IMG/VR virus record: IMGVR_UViG_3300020042_001397
Span: 1-62,488 of that record
From: a virus
Taxonomy: Duplodnaviria > Caudoviricetes
Length of the DNA stretch: 62,488 nucleotides
Direction: 5' to 3' (one strand)
Both the position numbers and the translations under genes were made by a program. Of the stretch, positions 46,705-55,564 are shown piece after piece; positions within the stretch are counted from its first letter, which is position 1; the number at the start of each line of letters is the position of its first letter. The notes beneath the pieces are model-generated. The model made no database searches. It was not told the DNA's origin and worked only from the letters and a program-made list of their open reading frames with translations.

Positions 46705-48264
46705 TTATAAATTAATTTCTGCTTCAAACATGCTAGTTAGCAAAGCGTTATCAGCTACCTTGCCCTCCAGCGCCTTAAACATTTTCTTTTCGATAGGACT
46801 ACCTTGGATGTGAATGACCGTCACCTTGTCGGAGTTCTGCCCCTTGCGATCAGCACGAGCGATGCACTGGATATACTGCTCAACAGACATCAATGGACCA
46901 AAGAACACCACTGTGTCAGCCGCAGTCAACGTGATGCCATGCGCCGATGCTTGGGGCTGCATAACTAAAACACGCGGGTTAGGCTCAGACTGAAAGCGTC
47001 GGATGGTGTCAGCGCGTTTGCTCGGTGAGATGTCGCCGTGTATGCACTCGGTCTCGATATTCTTTTTTAACAAGTGCGCATGGATAGCGTCGATGGTGCT
47101 GCGAAATAAAGCAAAGATAATTACCTTGCGGCTAGTCTCTTCCAAAATTTCTTCAAGCACACCGAGCCGTGGTGCTGCGTCGAACTCCACTACTTCCTTG
47201 TCATCTGTGTATGCTGCGCCGCAAGATATTTGCAATAGCTTTGATACGGCAGCCGCTGCGTTGATGGCGGTAATTGTTTCGCCAGCAGCTTGCATGACCA
47301 TGCGTTCTTTCAGCAGGTTGTAGTACTTGGCTTGCTGCGGAGTCAACGGTACCTCGCGCACCATCGTCAGCACTGGTGGCAGATCAAGACACTCAGCCTT
47401 AGTGAACCGGATGGCTGGCTGTAGTGCATCGAACACTAGCTGCGGTGCTGTCGGCTTCGGAGCCCACTTAAACTGTGTGACCTTGTTCATCACTGAGTCA
47501 CGCCAGCCTGTAAAGAACTTCGGCACGCCATCAGGATTAACCAGCTTGGCCAGACCGTATGCGTCAGCAGGTGACTGCGATGCAGGTGTGCCCGTCATCA
47601 TCCAGAGATGTGTCTTAGCGTTGAGGATGTACTTGAGCGCCTTCCACCGGCGGGTGGTCATCGTCTTGTATGCGTTGGCCTCATCGACGATCACTAGGTC
47701 GAACCTGCCATCGTTAACGATCTCGTCTGCGATTAAGTTGAGCCCGTCATAGTTAGCGATGACAAACTCATAGTCTTGCTGCACCATCTCGATACGACGA
47801 CTAGCTTGAGTATGGTGCGCCACGATGGCCGAGCGATGAATGATACTGTTGTTCAAGTCACCTAGCCACGCGCTCTGCATGATCGACAAGGGGCACAGAA
47901 TAAGACAACGACGCACATCCCCACGCTGCATCAAATAGTCAGCAGCCCATAGCGCGGAGAGTGTCTTGCCTGTACCGGGCTCGGAGAATACAAACGCTTT
48001 CTTGTGCATCGTTAAGAACGCAGCGGTGTCGATCTGATGCGCCATCGGTTTGTACTTACCCGGCCAGTTATAGCGTGTGAGGATAGGCGACGGGACATCT
48101 TTAACACCGAGGTTCTTTAGTACGCGGCACTCATCTAGTCCGAAGTAAACAGCGATCTCATACGTGCCATCTTCTTCGGACATGATCTTGTGCTTCGGGA
48201 TGATGCTGTACTTCTGTGGGTTGCGAGTGCGAAACAGCAACGCCTTGTTATCAATGATCTGCAT
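46705..48264 (-). CDS. SNF2-family (SF2) helicase
   Basis: EPGTGKT, IVDEAN, MTGTP, HGITLT and QCIARADRKGQ motifs. Confidence 0.92.
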   Translation of the reverse strand: MQIIDNKALLFRTRNPQKYSIIPKHKIMSEEDGTYEIAVYFGLDECRVLKNLGVKDVPSPILTRYNWPGKYKPMAHQIDTAAFLTMHKKAFVFSEPGTGKTLSALWAADYLMQRGDVRRCLILCPLSIMQSAWLGDLNNSIIHRSAIVAHHTQASRRIEMVQQDYEFVIANYDGLNLIADEIVNDGRFDLVIVDEANAYKTMTTRRWKALKYILNAKTHLWMMTGTPASQSPADAYGLAKLVNPDGVPKFFTGWRDSVMNKVTQFKWAPKPTAPQLVFDALQPAIRFTKAECLDLPPVLTMVREVPLTPQQAKYYNLLKERMVMQAAGETITAINAAAAVSKLLQISCGAAYTDDKEVVEFDAAPRLGVLEEILEETSRKVIIFALFRSTIDAIHAHLLKKNIETECIHGDISPSKRADTIRRFQSEPNPRVLVMQPQASAHGITLTAADTVVFFGPLMSVEQYIQCIARADRKGQNSDKVTVIHIQGSPIEKKMFKALEGKVADNALLTSMFEAEINL

Positions 48265-48402
48265 TTACTTCTCCTGTTTTTTGGCGGCTTCTTGTCCGGC
48301 CTTAAATGCTGCATCCCATACAAACTTAGCAGCGTTAGGTCCGAGTACTCTGCGCTCTACAATCGTCAAGGACTTCCACCACTCTTGAAACTCTTTACTC
48401 AT
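48265..48402 (-). CDS. Small hypothetical protein, 45 aa (not in the ORF track)
   Basis: MSKEFQEWWKSL...AWD-like (FVWDAAFKAG); ATGA coupling. Confidence 0.65.
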   Translation of the reverse strand: MSKEFQEWWKSLTIVERRVLGPNAAKFVWDAAFKAGQEAAKKQEK

Positions 48403-48635
48403 TTATTATCTCCACGGTTTGCTTTGACGCTGCGCATGCGCAAGTTACCTTTGGTTGATGTGCCACCGCTGCGCAGTGGTGTGATGTGGTCTACGTCTTT
48501 ACCGTCGCCCTTGGTAGCAGCGCCGGTCTTTTCCATAATGCGCCTAGCCTTAACTCTCTCTGCGCGTTTCTTAACTTGCTCGGGTTTGCCGTGGTATTCG
48601 GCATACTCTTTTTTATAGTCTCGTTTGTTTGTCAT
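48399..48635 (-). CDS. Small HNH endonuclease
   Basis: DVDHITPL..GG....NLR......NR. Confidence 0.82.
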   Translation of the reverse strand: MTNKRDYKKEYAEYHGKPEQVKKRAERVKARRIMEKTGAATKGDGKDVDHITPLRSGGTSTKGNLRMRSVKANRGDNK

Positions 48636-48642
48636 GTCGTGC

Positions 48643-48840
48643 CTACCTTATGTAGTGGGGTGAGATTGTCTGTACTGCATATGGTTTGTTGTAGTGCCTT
48701 GTATCCGGGTCATTTGGATGAAACGGCGTAAACTGTTTTAACGCCTCGCTGCCGCTGTTAGCCACCACAACAGTTACTTTAATTGGCAATCGGTTACGCC
48801 ATTCTTTACGCGGTGTGTGAATACACAAGTAAGAAAACAT
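48643..48840 (-). CDS. Hypothetical protein
   Basis: 65-aa ORF filling the gap between the two nucleases; AGGAG upstream. Confidence 0.55.
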   Translation of the reverse strand: MFSYLCIHTPRKEWRNRLPIKVTVVVANSGSEALKQFTPFHPNDPDTRHYNKPYAVQTISPHYIR

Positions 48841-48842
48841 AG

Positions 48843-49508
48843 CTAACTCCTTGGGTGATGTTCACAGGTTACAACTGGGCACCACGGGCATAGGGGTGAT
48901 GGTTTAGGATTCCACACGCCTGTCTCATGCGCCTGCTCGATACGTGCTATGCGTTGACGGTACTCCCACCATGCAGCAGGTGCTTCGTCTACGGACATGC
49001 TGATCTTCACCATGTCGTTCTTAACTACAAACAACAGCGCTGCATTAACTTTCCGAATGTGTGGGAAGTGTGCGAACACCATGAGCGCCATTAACTTTAG
49101 CTGCTCGCGGTCAGGGTACTTGTTGTTCCCTGTCTTGTAGTCCACCACCCACGCTGTCAGATTGTCGTCGTCAACGATAAGTAAATCTGCGATACCTCTG
49201 ACCCACACTTCAGGTCCGACCCAACCGCACGGTGCGAGGTCTGTTGTTAACGCCATCTGGTACTCGCACATCTTGCGTCCGGGCTTTTTCTTTAAAGCAT
49301 CGAGCGTTGTTTGTATGTAGCTGAACTGCTCCGGCAACGGCACGTCGTCCTTGATGTGATCTTCCGCAGCCTTGTGTAGCTGTGTGCCGTAGCGTGTTGC
49401 TTCTGTTTCGGTGAACGTGTACTTCTTTAAGACCCTGACTTCTTGATACTTGCGAGAGCAACTCTCGTAATCTTTTAGTGCGCTGTGTGACCAGACAACT
49501 TTAGCCAT
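48843..49508 (-). CDS. PD-(D/E)XK exonuclease (RecB/Cas4-like)
   Basis: WSHSAL..YESC, GTQLH, RGIAD, VDYKTG, QL..., C-terminal CPWCPVVTC. Confidence 0.9.
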   Translation of the reverse strand: MAKVVWSHSALKDYESCSRKYQEVRVLKKYTFTETEATRYGTQLHKAAEDHIKDDVPLPEQFSYIQTTLDALKKKPGRKMCEYQMALTTDLAPCGWVGPEVWVRGIADLLIVDDDNLTAWVVDYKTGNNKYPDREQLKLMALMVFAHFPHIRKVNAALLFVVKNDMVKISMSVDEAPAAWWEYRQRIARIEQAHETGVWNPKPSPLCPWCPVVTCEHHPRS

Positions 49509-49749
49509 TAGAGGGCTCCATTTTTTCGCAGCAACGAATGACTGCCATACCTATGTGTCCCATGTAACCACCGCAAAGGGAACTCTCACTTCGTGTGTAG
49601 CAAGAAATTTCTCCTTTGTGTGGGCAATCTTCCGCATGCAAGGGGAGTGCGCCGTCTGTACAACCGGGATACGGTTTAATCGCTACCGCCCTAAACCGCA
49701 GGAGTTCTACTTGGCCTGAATCTTCGTTGTAGTATGTTTCGGTAATCAT
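49501..49749 (-). CDS. Cys-rich hypothetical protein
   Basis: 82 aa with six Cys; TAATG coupling. Confidence 0.6.
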   Translation of the reverse strand: MITETYYNEDSGQVELLRFRAVAIKPYPGCTDGALPLHAEDCPHKGEISCYTRSESSLCGGYMGHIGMAVIRCCEKMEPSNG

Positions 49750-50075
49750 TATTTAAACCTCGCTGAGTCTATCGCTTTGGATAGGCGGTTAGCAAACTCG
49801 GTAACAAACTGCTCATCGGCATTGAGTCTGTCACGCCCCATGTCGAACAGTATTGCGTGCGTTACTTCGTGCCAGAACGAATCTCTGATGTCGCACTCTT
49901 TGTATGGCTTGCCTGTGATGTTGCTGCGCTTGCCTACTTTAATCTGTTGCTCTGGGTAGTATGTCTTGCCCATGTGTCTGCGCTCAAGCATAGCCTCGAC
50001 AACTTCTACCGAGTACCACTTGCGCCCTACCCTGATGCGGGTAGGTAACGCTGGTTCTTTTTTAAGGTTTGGCAT
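49749..50075 (-). CDS. Small zincin-like (HExxH) protein
   Basis: SFWHEVTHAIL...DEQFV. Confidence 0.7.
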   Translation of the reverse strand: MPNLKKEPALPTRIRVGRKWYSVEVVEAMLERRHMGKTYYPEQQIKVGKRSNITGKPYKECDIRDSFWHEVTHAILFDMGRDRLNADEQFVTEFANRLSKAIDSARFK

Positions 50076-50316
50076 CGAGAGTCTCCATTAGTTTAGTCAG
50101 CTTAATTTCTAAGAACGTAATAACACCGCGCTGTTCATGCAGTTGTATTTGCTGCCTCTTGTTAGCTTCAACGGCTTTCGTAAACTCCGTGTCTAGATGT
50201 CTGTATTTCATACTTACGGTGTTGTACTGCTCAACAAGCGTTGAGTTGTTTGCTGCGCACACTTTGTATTTTGCATTGAGTGCGGTGTATAGTTTTTTAT
50301 AGTCTTTTACAGCCAT
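50062..50316 (-). CDS. Coiled-coil hypothetical protein
   Basis: 84 aa; AAGGAGAAGCAAATG RBS. Confidence 0.7.
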   Translation of the reverse strand: MAVKDYKKLYTALNAKYKVCAANNSTLVEQYNTVSMKYRHLDTEFTKAVEANKRQQIQLHEQRGVITFLEIKLTKLMETLDAKP

Positions 50317-50326
50317 TTGCTTCTCC

Positions 50327-52297
50327 TTAGTTTTTAGCTAGTCCGTACCTACGGTGTGCGCCACCGTCAGCGTTCAGCGGGATGCCCGGCATATACCGTG
50401 GCTCCATAGTCATCTGCGCCAAGACCCAAGTCTTAGCTTCATCTACTTCGGCGTCTGGCACTACCACCAACTGTTCATCATGGACTGTGCCTACTACTGG
50501 GTATCTCGCCGCAGTACGTAGCATGCCGTCAGTCATAACGATACGCGCAACACCCTGTGTCACGTTGTTGGTTACTTTTCCTGCATAGAGTTTGGTAGCG
50601 TCTGGCCCGTACACCCACTGGCTCTTACCCGACTCTTTATCTTTCACTAATCTAAGATCAGGATACAACAACTTCATGCCGTTGGGTAGCTCAATCTCAT
50701 TCTTGCGAAAAACCAAACATTTGTACGTGAACTCCTCGCCGCCGAACAGTGACTTACCGATAAGCTGGTCGCACATACTCCAGAAGCTAACTACTGGGTG
50801 GGCAGTGGCGCGGTAGATGTCGATGATCTTCTTGGCCGTCACGCAGTGCACCAGTAACTCCTTGGCGGTACAGGTGTGGGGTATGTCCTCCATCTTGAGC
50901 ACGTTGTCGTCCCAGTTAAGGAACCGCTCTAAGTACGCGCCGTCTACGCCTAGCTGCTTGGCATCTCCCTTACCGTAGCGTAGCGGTGGTGCACCCAGAA
51001 ACCCGACCAACAACTGCGACGCGAACGATGCCCAGCCGAGCCCATAACCTGCGCCTAGTAGTGCTGACTTGGCTGACTGCCGGTGAATAGGGTGGCTGTC
51101 TTTAGTGAGACCGGGTATGTTAAACATCTGTGCCCCGAAGGCAGCATACGGGTCGCCTCCGGCTCTGAAGATGTCCAGCATTTCATCGTAGTCCGACAGC
51201 CACGCCAGTACACGCGGTTCGATCTGGCTCAAGTCCCCAACGACGAGTTGGTGTCCTTCGGGGGCCATGATTGCCTTCCGTAGAAACGATCCACGCTTGA
51301 GGTTCTGCATGTTGATGGCGCTACCTTTAGCGGCTGACCATCGTCCCGACTTGGCTCCGTAATATGAAAGCGGTACGGGGAGGGTGCCTCGCCCACTGAT
51401 GTCCAAGAAGCGTTGCGCCCGTGTTCGCTCGGTGGTTGATTTAACTGCGAGTCGTGCTTCACACAGTAGTGCCACGTCCTCTCGTTCACCGTTAAGCAGC
51501 GCTTGAAACAACGCGTCGTTCTTTGCCAGAGCGAGAGCTTCTTTGCCCGTCGTCTTACTCGTCTTGTAAGGAACTGCGCATCCCATGCTAGCCAAGATAG
51601 CCGCAAACTTAGGGTTACTCGCCAGTGCTGCATCGTCCACACCAAGCCTCGCCAATAGTGCTTCACGTTTTTCCTTTTCGTCTTTGATTGCTGCGTCCAG
51701 TAACGGGGCGTCCAACAGCAGCGTTGGGCGAGTGAACATCTTTAATGTCATGTCGATTAAGCGTAGCTCCTTGGCAGGGTAGCCTTGTATCAAGCGTGAG
51801 AATATCTCCTCGCACAAGAACACATCGTGCTTGCAGTAGTCGGCTAGCTCTTGCTCGATCTCCGGCGTTAGCTCGGTTAGTCCGTCAGTGCTGTGTACTG
51901 CTTGGCCTTTAGGTGGTAGCCCGAAGTCCTGCGCTAACTTCATCAACGAGTTACCGACCTCGACACCACGAAGCGCACGAGCCATAGATAGAGAATCAAA
52001 TATAAAAACAGGATGGGCGTTATACACCCACTCAAGAATAGCAACGTCGAACTGAGCGTTGTGCGCAAGCACCGCCGTATTCTCCCAGTCGAAGGAGTTG
52101 AATATGCGCGGTAGTTCCTCGTAGCTGTACCATTGGGTGATCTTCTCACTGCCATATTCGTGCATGCAGCAGCCAAACGCTTTGAATCGCGGGTCACGTA
52201 TATACTCCTCAGTAGTCATCTTGCTTAGTGTGTAGTCTGATTTTGCCCATCGTGTTTCAAAGTCGATGGTGACTATTCTTTTATATGGTGCGCTCAA
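50327..52297 (-). CDS. polA: Family A DNA polymerase with 3'-5' exonuclease
   Basis: Exo motifs IDFET, AHNAQFD, YCKHD; Pol motifs DLSQIEPR, RQSAKSALLGAGYG, TVHDE. Confidence 0.93.
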   Translation of the reverse strand: MSAPYKRIVTIDFETRWAKSDYTLSKMTTEEYIRDPRFKAFGCCMHEYGSEKITQWYSYEELPRIFNSFDWENTAVLAHNAQFDVAILEWVYNAHPVFIFDSLSMARALRGVEVGNSLMKLAQDFGLPPKGQAVHSTDGLTELTPEIEQELADYCKHDVFLCEEIFSRLIQGYPAKELRLIDMTLKMFTRPTLLLDAPLLDAAIKDEKEKREALLARLGVDDAALASNPKFAAILASMGCAVPYKTSKTTGKEALALAKNDALFQALLNGEREDVALLCEARLAVKSTTERTRAQRFLDISGRGTLPVPLSYYGAKSGRWSAAKGSAINMQNLKRGSFLRKAIMAPEGHQLVVGDLSQIEPRVLAWLSDYDEMLDIFRAGGDPYAAFGAQMFNIPGLTKDSHPIHRQSAKSALLGAGYGLGWASFASQLLVGFLGAPPLRYGKGDAKQLGVDGAYLERFLNWDDNVLKMEDIPHTCTAKELLVHCVTAKKIIDIYRATAHPVVSFWSMCDQLIGKSLFGGEEFTYKCLVFRKNEIELPNGMKLLYPDLRLVKDKESGKSQWVYGPDATKLYAGKVTNNVTQGVARIVMTDGMLRTAARYPVVGTVHDEQLVVVPDAEVDEAKTWVLAQMTMEPRYMPGIPLNADGGAHRRYGLAKN

Positions 52298-52575
52298 TTA
52301 AACTTCTCCTTTTCTGGTGCATCTACTACATTCAAAGCAAGCATACAAGCACGCGCAGCGTCAACGAGTCGTGCTGCGTCCATGTCGGTGCAGTTAATCA
52401 TAATTACTTCTGTGACTTTGCTATCGACAGGGGCATACATAATTACTGCTTGCCCGTCTTCATCTCCGTAACAACTAACCAGCGTAGCTAAAACAAATTG
52501 CAGATGTCCTCTAGCGTCTTCATCTAGTTCCGCAATGCGTAAGGCTAGGTCGAACGGGTCGTGTGCAGTTGGCAT
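52294..52575 (-). CDS. Hypothetical protein
   Basis: 93-aa ORF overlapping its neighbours. Confidence 0.7.
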   Translation of the reverse strand: MPTAHDPFDLALRIAELDEDARGHLQFVLATLVSCYGDEDGQAVIMYAPVDSKVTEVIMINCTDMDAARLVDAARACMLALNVVDAPEKEKFN

Positions 52576-52847
52576 AATAGTTCTCGCAGTTCATCAAGAT
52601 TGTTTTCGTTAGCCACAAAGGTAAAGCCACCAGCCTTGCGTATGTTATCAAGCTCTCTGTCTTGTAACGCAGTCGTTTTATTCTTACCTGCTTTGCACTC
52701 GATTGCAATGAACAAACCGAGCGAGCAACCAATAATGTCGGGTATACCTGAACGACCGAAGCCGCCCATCACAGGAAAGAAATAGTACGCGTCCATCTCC
52801 TTCAACATCTTTACTACGCTGGCCTTAACCTTGGCCTCTGGCGTCAT
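52545..52847 (-). CDS. VRR-NUC nuclease (Holliday junction resolvase-like)
   Basis: TPEAKV, GIPDII, AIECKA, TALQ. Confidence 0.88.
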   Translation of the reverse strand: MTPEAKVKASVVKMLKEMDAYYFFPVMGGFGRSGIPDIIGCSLGLFIAIECKAGKNKTTALQDRELDNIRKAGGFTFVANENNLDELRELLCQLHTTRST

Positions 52848-53179
52848 GTCTGTGCACCATGCAGTACGTTGGTCAGTGCCATCATTTTCTTTTTGTTGCG
52901 ATACCGTTCAGTGCGTTCAGCATCGGTCATGCGGTGGCGGGGTTTATCTTTGCCCTTACCGAACTTATATATCTGCGTGCAGTCACGCCCCTTCACGTCC
53001 TTCTCCCACCCGCACACATGCACTAGCTTGTACTTATTAAAGCACCGCATCAAGCGCTGCGCTGTCACTAGGTGTATACCTGTCTCCTCGACCAGATCGT
53101 GCGTAGTGCAGGGCTCGGTGGTCAGCATCACAAAGATGCGTGCGTACATGTTCTGGTTTAGCTTTCGTTGTTCAGCCAT
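52844..53179 (-). CDS. Putative winged-HTH protein
   Basis: TTHDLVEETGIHLVTAQRLM; start moved to MAEQ (AAGGAG RBS). Confidence 0.6.
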   Translation of the reverse strand: MAEQRKLNQNMYARIFVMLTTEPCTTHDLVEETGIHLVTAQRLMRCFNKYKLVHVCGWEKDVKGRDCTQIYKFGKGKDKPRHRMTDAERTERYRNKKKMMALTNVLHGAQT

Positions 53180-53339
53180 TGTTGTTCTCCTTGGGTGTGC
53201 ATGTGTGTGCGTCGGCGGGGTTAGGCTTACCGCAGCGTGGGCATGTCGAGCCAAATATTTTATCGAAGTTCTCGCGGAACTTGTCTGTTATTTCTTTAGT
53301 CTTAATAGCGTCGCCTGTTATGTCGTTATGCGTCGTCAT
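53172..53339 (-). CDS. Small protein with CxxC...HxC motif, 55 aa (not in the ORF track)
   Basis: MTTHNDITGDAIKTK...FDKIFGSTCPRCGK...HTC; AAGGA RBS. Confidence 0.65.
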   Translation of the reverse strand: MTTHNDITGDAIKTKEITDKFRENFDKIFGSTCPRCGKPNPADAHTCTPKENNNG

Positions 53340-53380
53340 CCTTTTTCCTTACAATTAATTTATTATGCTTTACAATAAAT

Positions 53381-53452
53381 GTACTAGGTTGTCCCTTGGT
53401 CTGGCGGCCTAGTGGTCACAGGGAAACCGGCCTGAAGCTAGGCCGTTAGTAC
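53381..53452. ncRNA. Highly structured intergenic element, candidate sRNA
   Basis: GTACTA/TAGTAC closure, CGGCCTAG/CTAGGCCG, GGTTgTCCCT/AGGGAAACC; + strand CTTACA-17-TACAAT upstream. Confidence 0.45.
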
Positions 53453-53455
53453 CCG

Positions 53456-53641
53456 TCATAGGTTGTAGTCTGTACTTGCACCTTCGATGGTGACGCGCCA
53501 AACAAGAAAGTTGTGTTCCTTGCCGCGCTCCTGTAGCCACGCACAGAACTCTTTAACAAGCATGTCAGTCGGCAGTGGTGTGAACGATGCTACCTTTGCT
53601 GTGAATTGAATGTCTTCCGTTACTGCGTGTACTCTACTCAT
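53456..53641 (-). CDS. Hypothetical protein
   Basis: Start at MSRVH, using the repeat-borne AAGGAGAAG RBS. Confidence 0.65.
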   Translation of the reverse strand: MSRVHAVTEDIQFTAKVASFTPLPTDMLVKEFCAWLQERGKEHNFLVWRVTIEGASTDYNL

Positions 53642-53916
53642 GTGTTCTTCTCCTTTAGCTTGGCTTCGATGGCTCGAACTGTGTCCACCCAACCCGGTGG
53701 TAGTCTGACCGCTCCCGGCAACAGTGACATAACTTCCTCATCCGTCAGCCCTACCCATTCTTTCTGAACTACACTTAAAAGATATTCAATGCACTCCGCC
53801 GCATGTTCTGCTCGGTTTGCGCGTGTCTTATCTCTAAGTTGCTCGGCATATGATTTGCAGTATTCAACACCCCAGTTCGGGTACATACCAAACGTGGTCA
53901 TTTCTGGATCGCTCAT
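53638..53916 (-). CDS. Modular small protein (EWVGLTD...IEAKLKEKN family)
   Basis: Shares its C-terminal module with 54312, 54689 and 55002. Confidence 0.75.
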   Translation of the reverse strand: MSDPEMTTFGMYPNWGVEYCKSYAEQLRDKTRANRAEHAAECIEYLLSVVQKEWVGLTDEEVMSLLPGAVRLPPGWVDTVRAIEAKLKEKNT

Positions 53917-54113
53917 GTCGGCTTCCTTTCCCCTGTTTCAAACGCCTCTCTATTGTCTGCGCTGTTGTGCGTAACTAAGTTCAACTCCTCGTCAACTCTT
54001 GGGTTGCACCAACACGTTGCTTCTCCTACATGCTCCCGAAGATCGTTTAACGGAACCACATGAGTTGAAGCCCCGTTCTTCTGCATTATGTTTGTCCATA
54101 CTTGCCACGTCAT
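53913..54113 (-). CDS. Hypothetical protein (HVVP.ND..EH...CWC.P...HNS.D)
   Basis: 66 aa; His/Cys pattern suggests metal binding. Confidence 0.7.
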   Translation of the reverse strand: MTWQVWTNIMQKNGASTHVVPLNDLREHVGEATCWCNPRVDEELNLVTHNSADNREAFETGERKPT

Positions 54114-54319
54114 GTGTTCTTCTCCTTTGTTTTATCTAGCATTGCACGTAGCTTGCCTTCAAAGTCTGAGGATCTCGCAGGCCACAGAAACTTGCGCTGG
54201 TCGATTGTCATGTCATTCCCATACATCATCGCTTTAACAAGTTTTGGTGTCATCGCTGTGTACTGCTTAGGGTTCGGTTGATCTGGGCAGATCGTTATTG
54301 TGTACGGTAATTTAGCCAT
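54110..54319 (-). CDS. Hypothetical protein
   Basis: 69 aa ending KEKNT. Confidence 0.7.
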   Translation of the reverse strand: MAKLPYTITICPDQPNPKQYTAMTPKLVKAMMYGNDMTIDQRKFLWPARSSDFEGKLRAMLDKTKEKNT

Positions 54320-54692
54320 TGTTCTTCTCCTTTAGCTTGGCTTCGATGTCGTCATAAAATTCTCTTCCAGATAACCCGCCATGAAAATGAAACTCTGCTA
54401 TCTCTTCAAGTTCGTCTGTTGTTAATCCTACCCATTCGCGCTGTGGTGGGGCGGTGTAGAGTGGTATGCAGTCCGTTTTGTCGCTTACTAAAACTGGGCG
54501 CTGCTTAACAACCAAATCGCCACAATCAATCAATGGAGTGCCATCAAGTTCTGTCAACATCCACGCCACCGGCTTCGGTTCAGGCTGCGCTAGTGCTGCG
54601 CGTAGTGCTTCGATTGCTTTATCGCTTTCATCGGTTCGCCAATTTCCCTGCAACGCATCCAACGCCTCTTGCATCAAGTCTCTGTCAGTCAT
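54312..54692 (-). CDS. Modular small protein
   Basis: ALDAL..AIEALRA.LAQPE, PVAW, PLYTAPPQREWVGLT, IEAKLKEKN modules. Confidence 0.75.
   Translation of the reverse strand: MTDRDLMQEALDALQGNWRTDESDKAIEALRAALAQPEPKPVAWMLTELDGTPLIDCGDLVVKQRPVLVSDKTDCIPLYTAPPQREWVGLTTDELEEIAEFHFHGGLSGREFYDDIEAKLKEKNNG
54598..54667. repeat. 70-bp exact direct repeat (second copy at 55333-55402)
   Basis: Identical DNA encoding ALDALQGNWRTDESDKAIEALRA in two genes. Confidence 0.92.
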
Positions 54693-55009
54693 CCGTTCTT
54701 CTCCTTTAGCTTGGCTTCTAATATTCGGTACATACCCAAAGTATTAATCCCACCCATTGTTTGAACTTTAAGTTCAAAATGCAAAGCATGAAGCTCATCA
54801 TCAGTCAGCCCTACCCATTCGCGCTGTGGCGGGGCGGTGTAAAGTGGCTTAAATTTATCCTGCGGCAGGTCAGTCAAGTGGTCTACATAGCACCACATAT
54901 TTCTATCGTGGAATCGCCACGCCACCGGTTCCGGTTCAGGCTTCACGTTCTCACGCTCGCACCCTGATTTCTTGCAGAACCCGCCGCAACTTGAACATTG
55001 TCTATCCAT
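54689..55009 (-). CDS. Modular small protein
   Basis: N-terminal CSSCGGFC module plus PVAW, PLYTAPPQREWVGLTD and EAKLKEKN. Confidence 0.75.
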   Translation of the reverse strand: MDRQCSSCGGFCKKSGCERENVKPEPEPVAWRFHDRNMWCYVDHLTDLPQDKFKPLYTAPPQREWVGLTDDELHALHFELKVQTMGGINTLGMYRILEAKLKEKNG

Positions 55010-55430
55010 TGTTCTTCTCCTTTAGCTTGGCTTCGATGTCATGGGCATAATCTAAAGTATTAAAAAAATAGTTCGTAACGCGTTTTTCTGCCATCAATTC
55101 ATATTCATTATCAGTCAGCCCAACCCATTCGCGCTTTGGCGGCGCTACAATTTCCGACGAATCACGTATTGAATCTATAATAACTTTGTTAATGCCCACC
55201 GGCTCCTGCTCTGGCTGCGCTAGTCGAGCTTCGAGTTCCTCAATCCGCTTTGCCATGCGCTGCTGCTCTTCAACCATGACTGCCATTGCGTCCCAATCTG
55301 GATTAAAGTCGTTCTCAGGCTGCGCTAGTCTGGCGCGTAGTGCTTCGATTGCTTTATCGCTTTCATCGGTTCGCCAATTTCCCTGCAACGCATCCAACGC
55401 CTGCTGCAATAGTTCTCTGTCGTTATTCAT
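55002..55430 (-). CDS. Modular small protein
   Basis: Same N-module as 54312 and the same C-module; start at the coupled ATG 55430. Confidence 0.75.
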   Translation of the reverse strand: MNNDRELLQQALDALQGNWRTDESDKAIEALRARLAQPENDFNPDWDAMAVMVEEQQRMAKRIEELEARLAQPEQEPVGINKVIIDSIRDSSEIVAPPKREWVGLTDNEYELMAEKRVTNYFFNTLDYAHDIEAKLKEKNNG

Positions 55431-55564
55431 CAATGCACCTCAAACCATTTAGTAGGTTTGTTTTCCACCCAAAACGGGTTTACGCGAAACGTAACCCACG
55501 GACGATCAGGCCCAATTTGTAAATGCCGCGCACCAAAGCGCCAATTAATCCACAGGCTGCTCAT
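55430..55564 (-). CDS. Trp-rich small protein, 44 aa (not in the ORF track)
   Basis: MSSLWINWRFGARHLQIG...; GGAGG RBS; coupled at both ends. Confidence 0.6.
   Translation of the reverse strand: MSSLWINWRFGARHLQIGPDRPWVTFRVNPFWVENKPTKWFEVH

Larger units (their letters stand above)
53644..55038 (-). repeat. Dispersed 24-28-bp repeat CATCGAAGCCAAGCTAAAGGAGAAGAAC at gene junctions
   Basis: Copies at 53644, 54321, 54695 and 55011, partial copy at 54116; contains the RBS of the next gene. Confidence 0.9.

Noticed and set aside
48843-49508. CRISPR-associated Cas4
   Set aside because: No array or other cas genes; this is a standard phage replication-module nuclease
50327-52297. DpoZ / modified-base system
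   Set aside because: No PurZ, dATPase or other nucleotide-modification genes are recognisable
53420-53440. Hammerhead or HDV-like ribozyme (GAAAC, CUGAAG)
   Set aside because: Spacing is too short for stems I and III, the CUGANGA core is incomplete, and there is no room for an HDV P3/L3
53644-55038. CRISPR array or integron attC sites
   Set aside because: The repeats are coding, spaced 200-470 bp apart and non-palindromic, and no integrase is present
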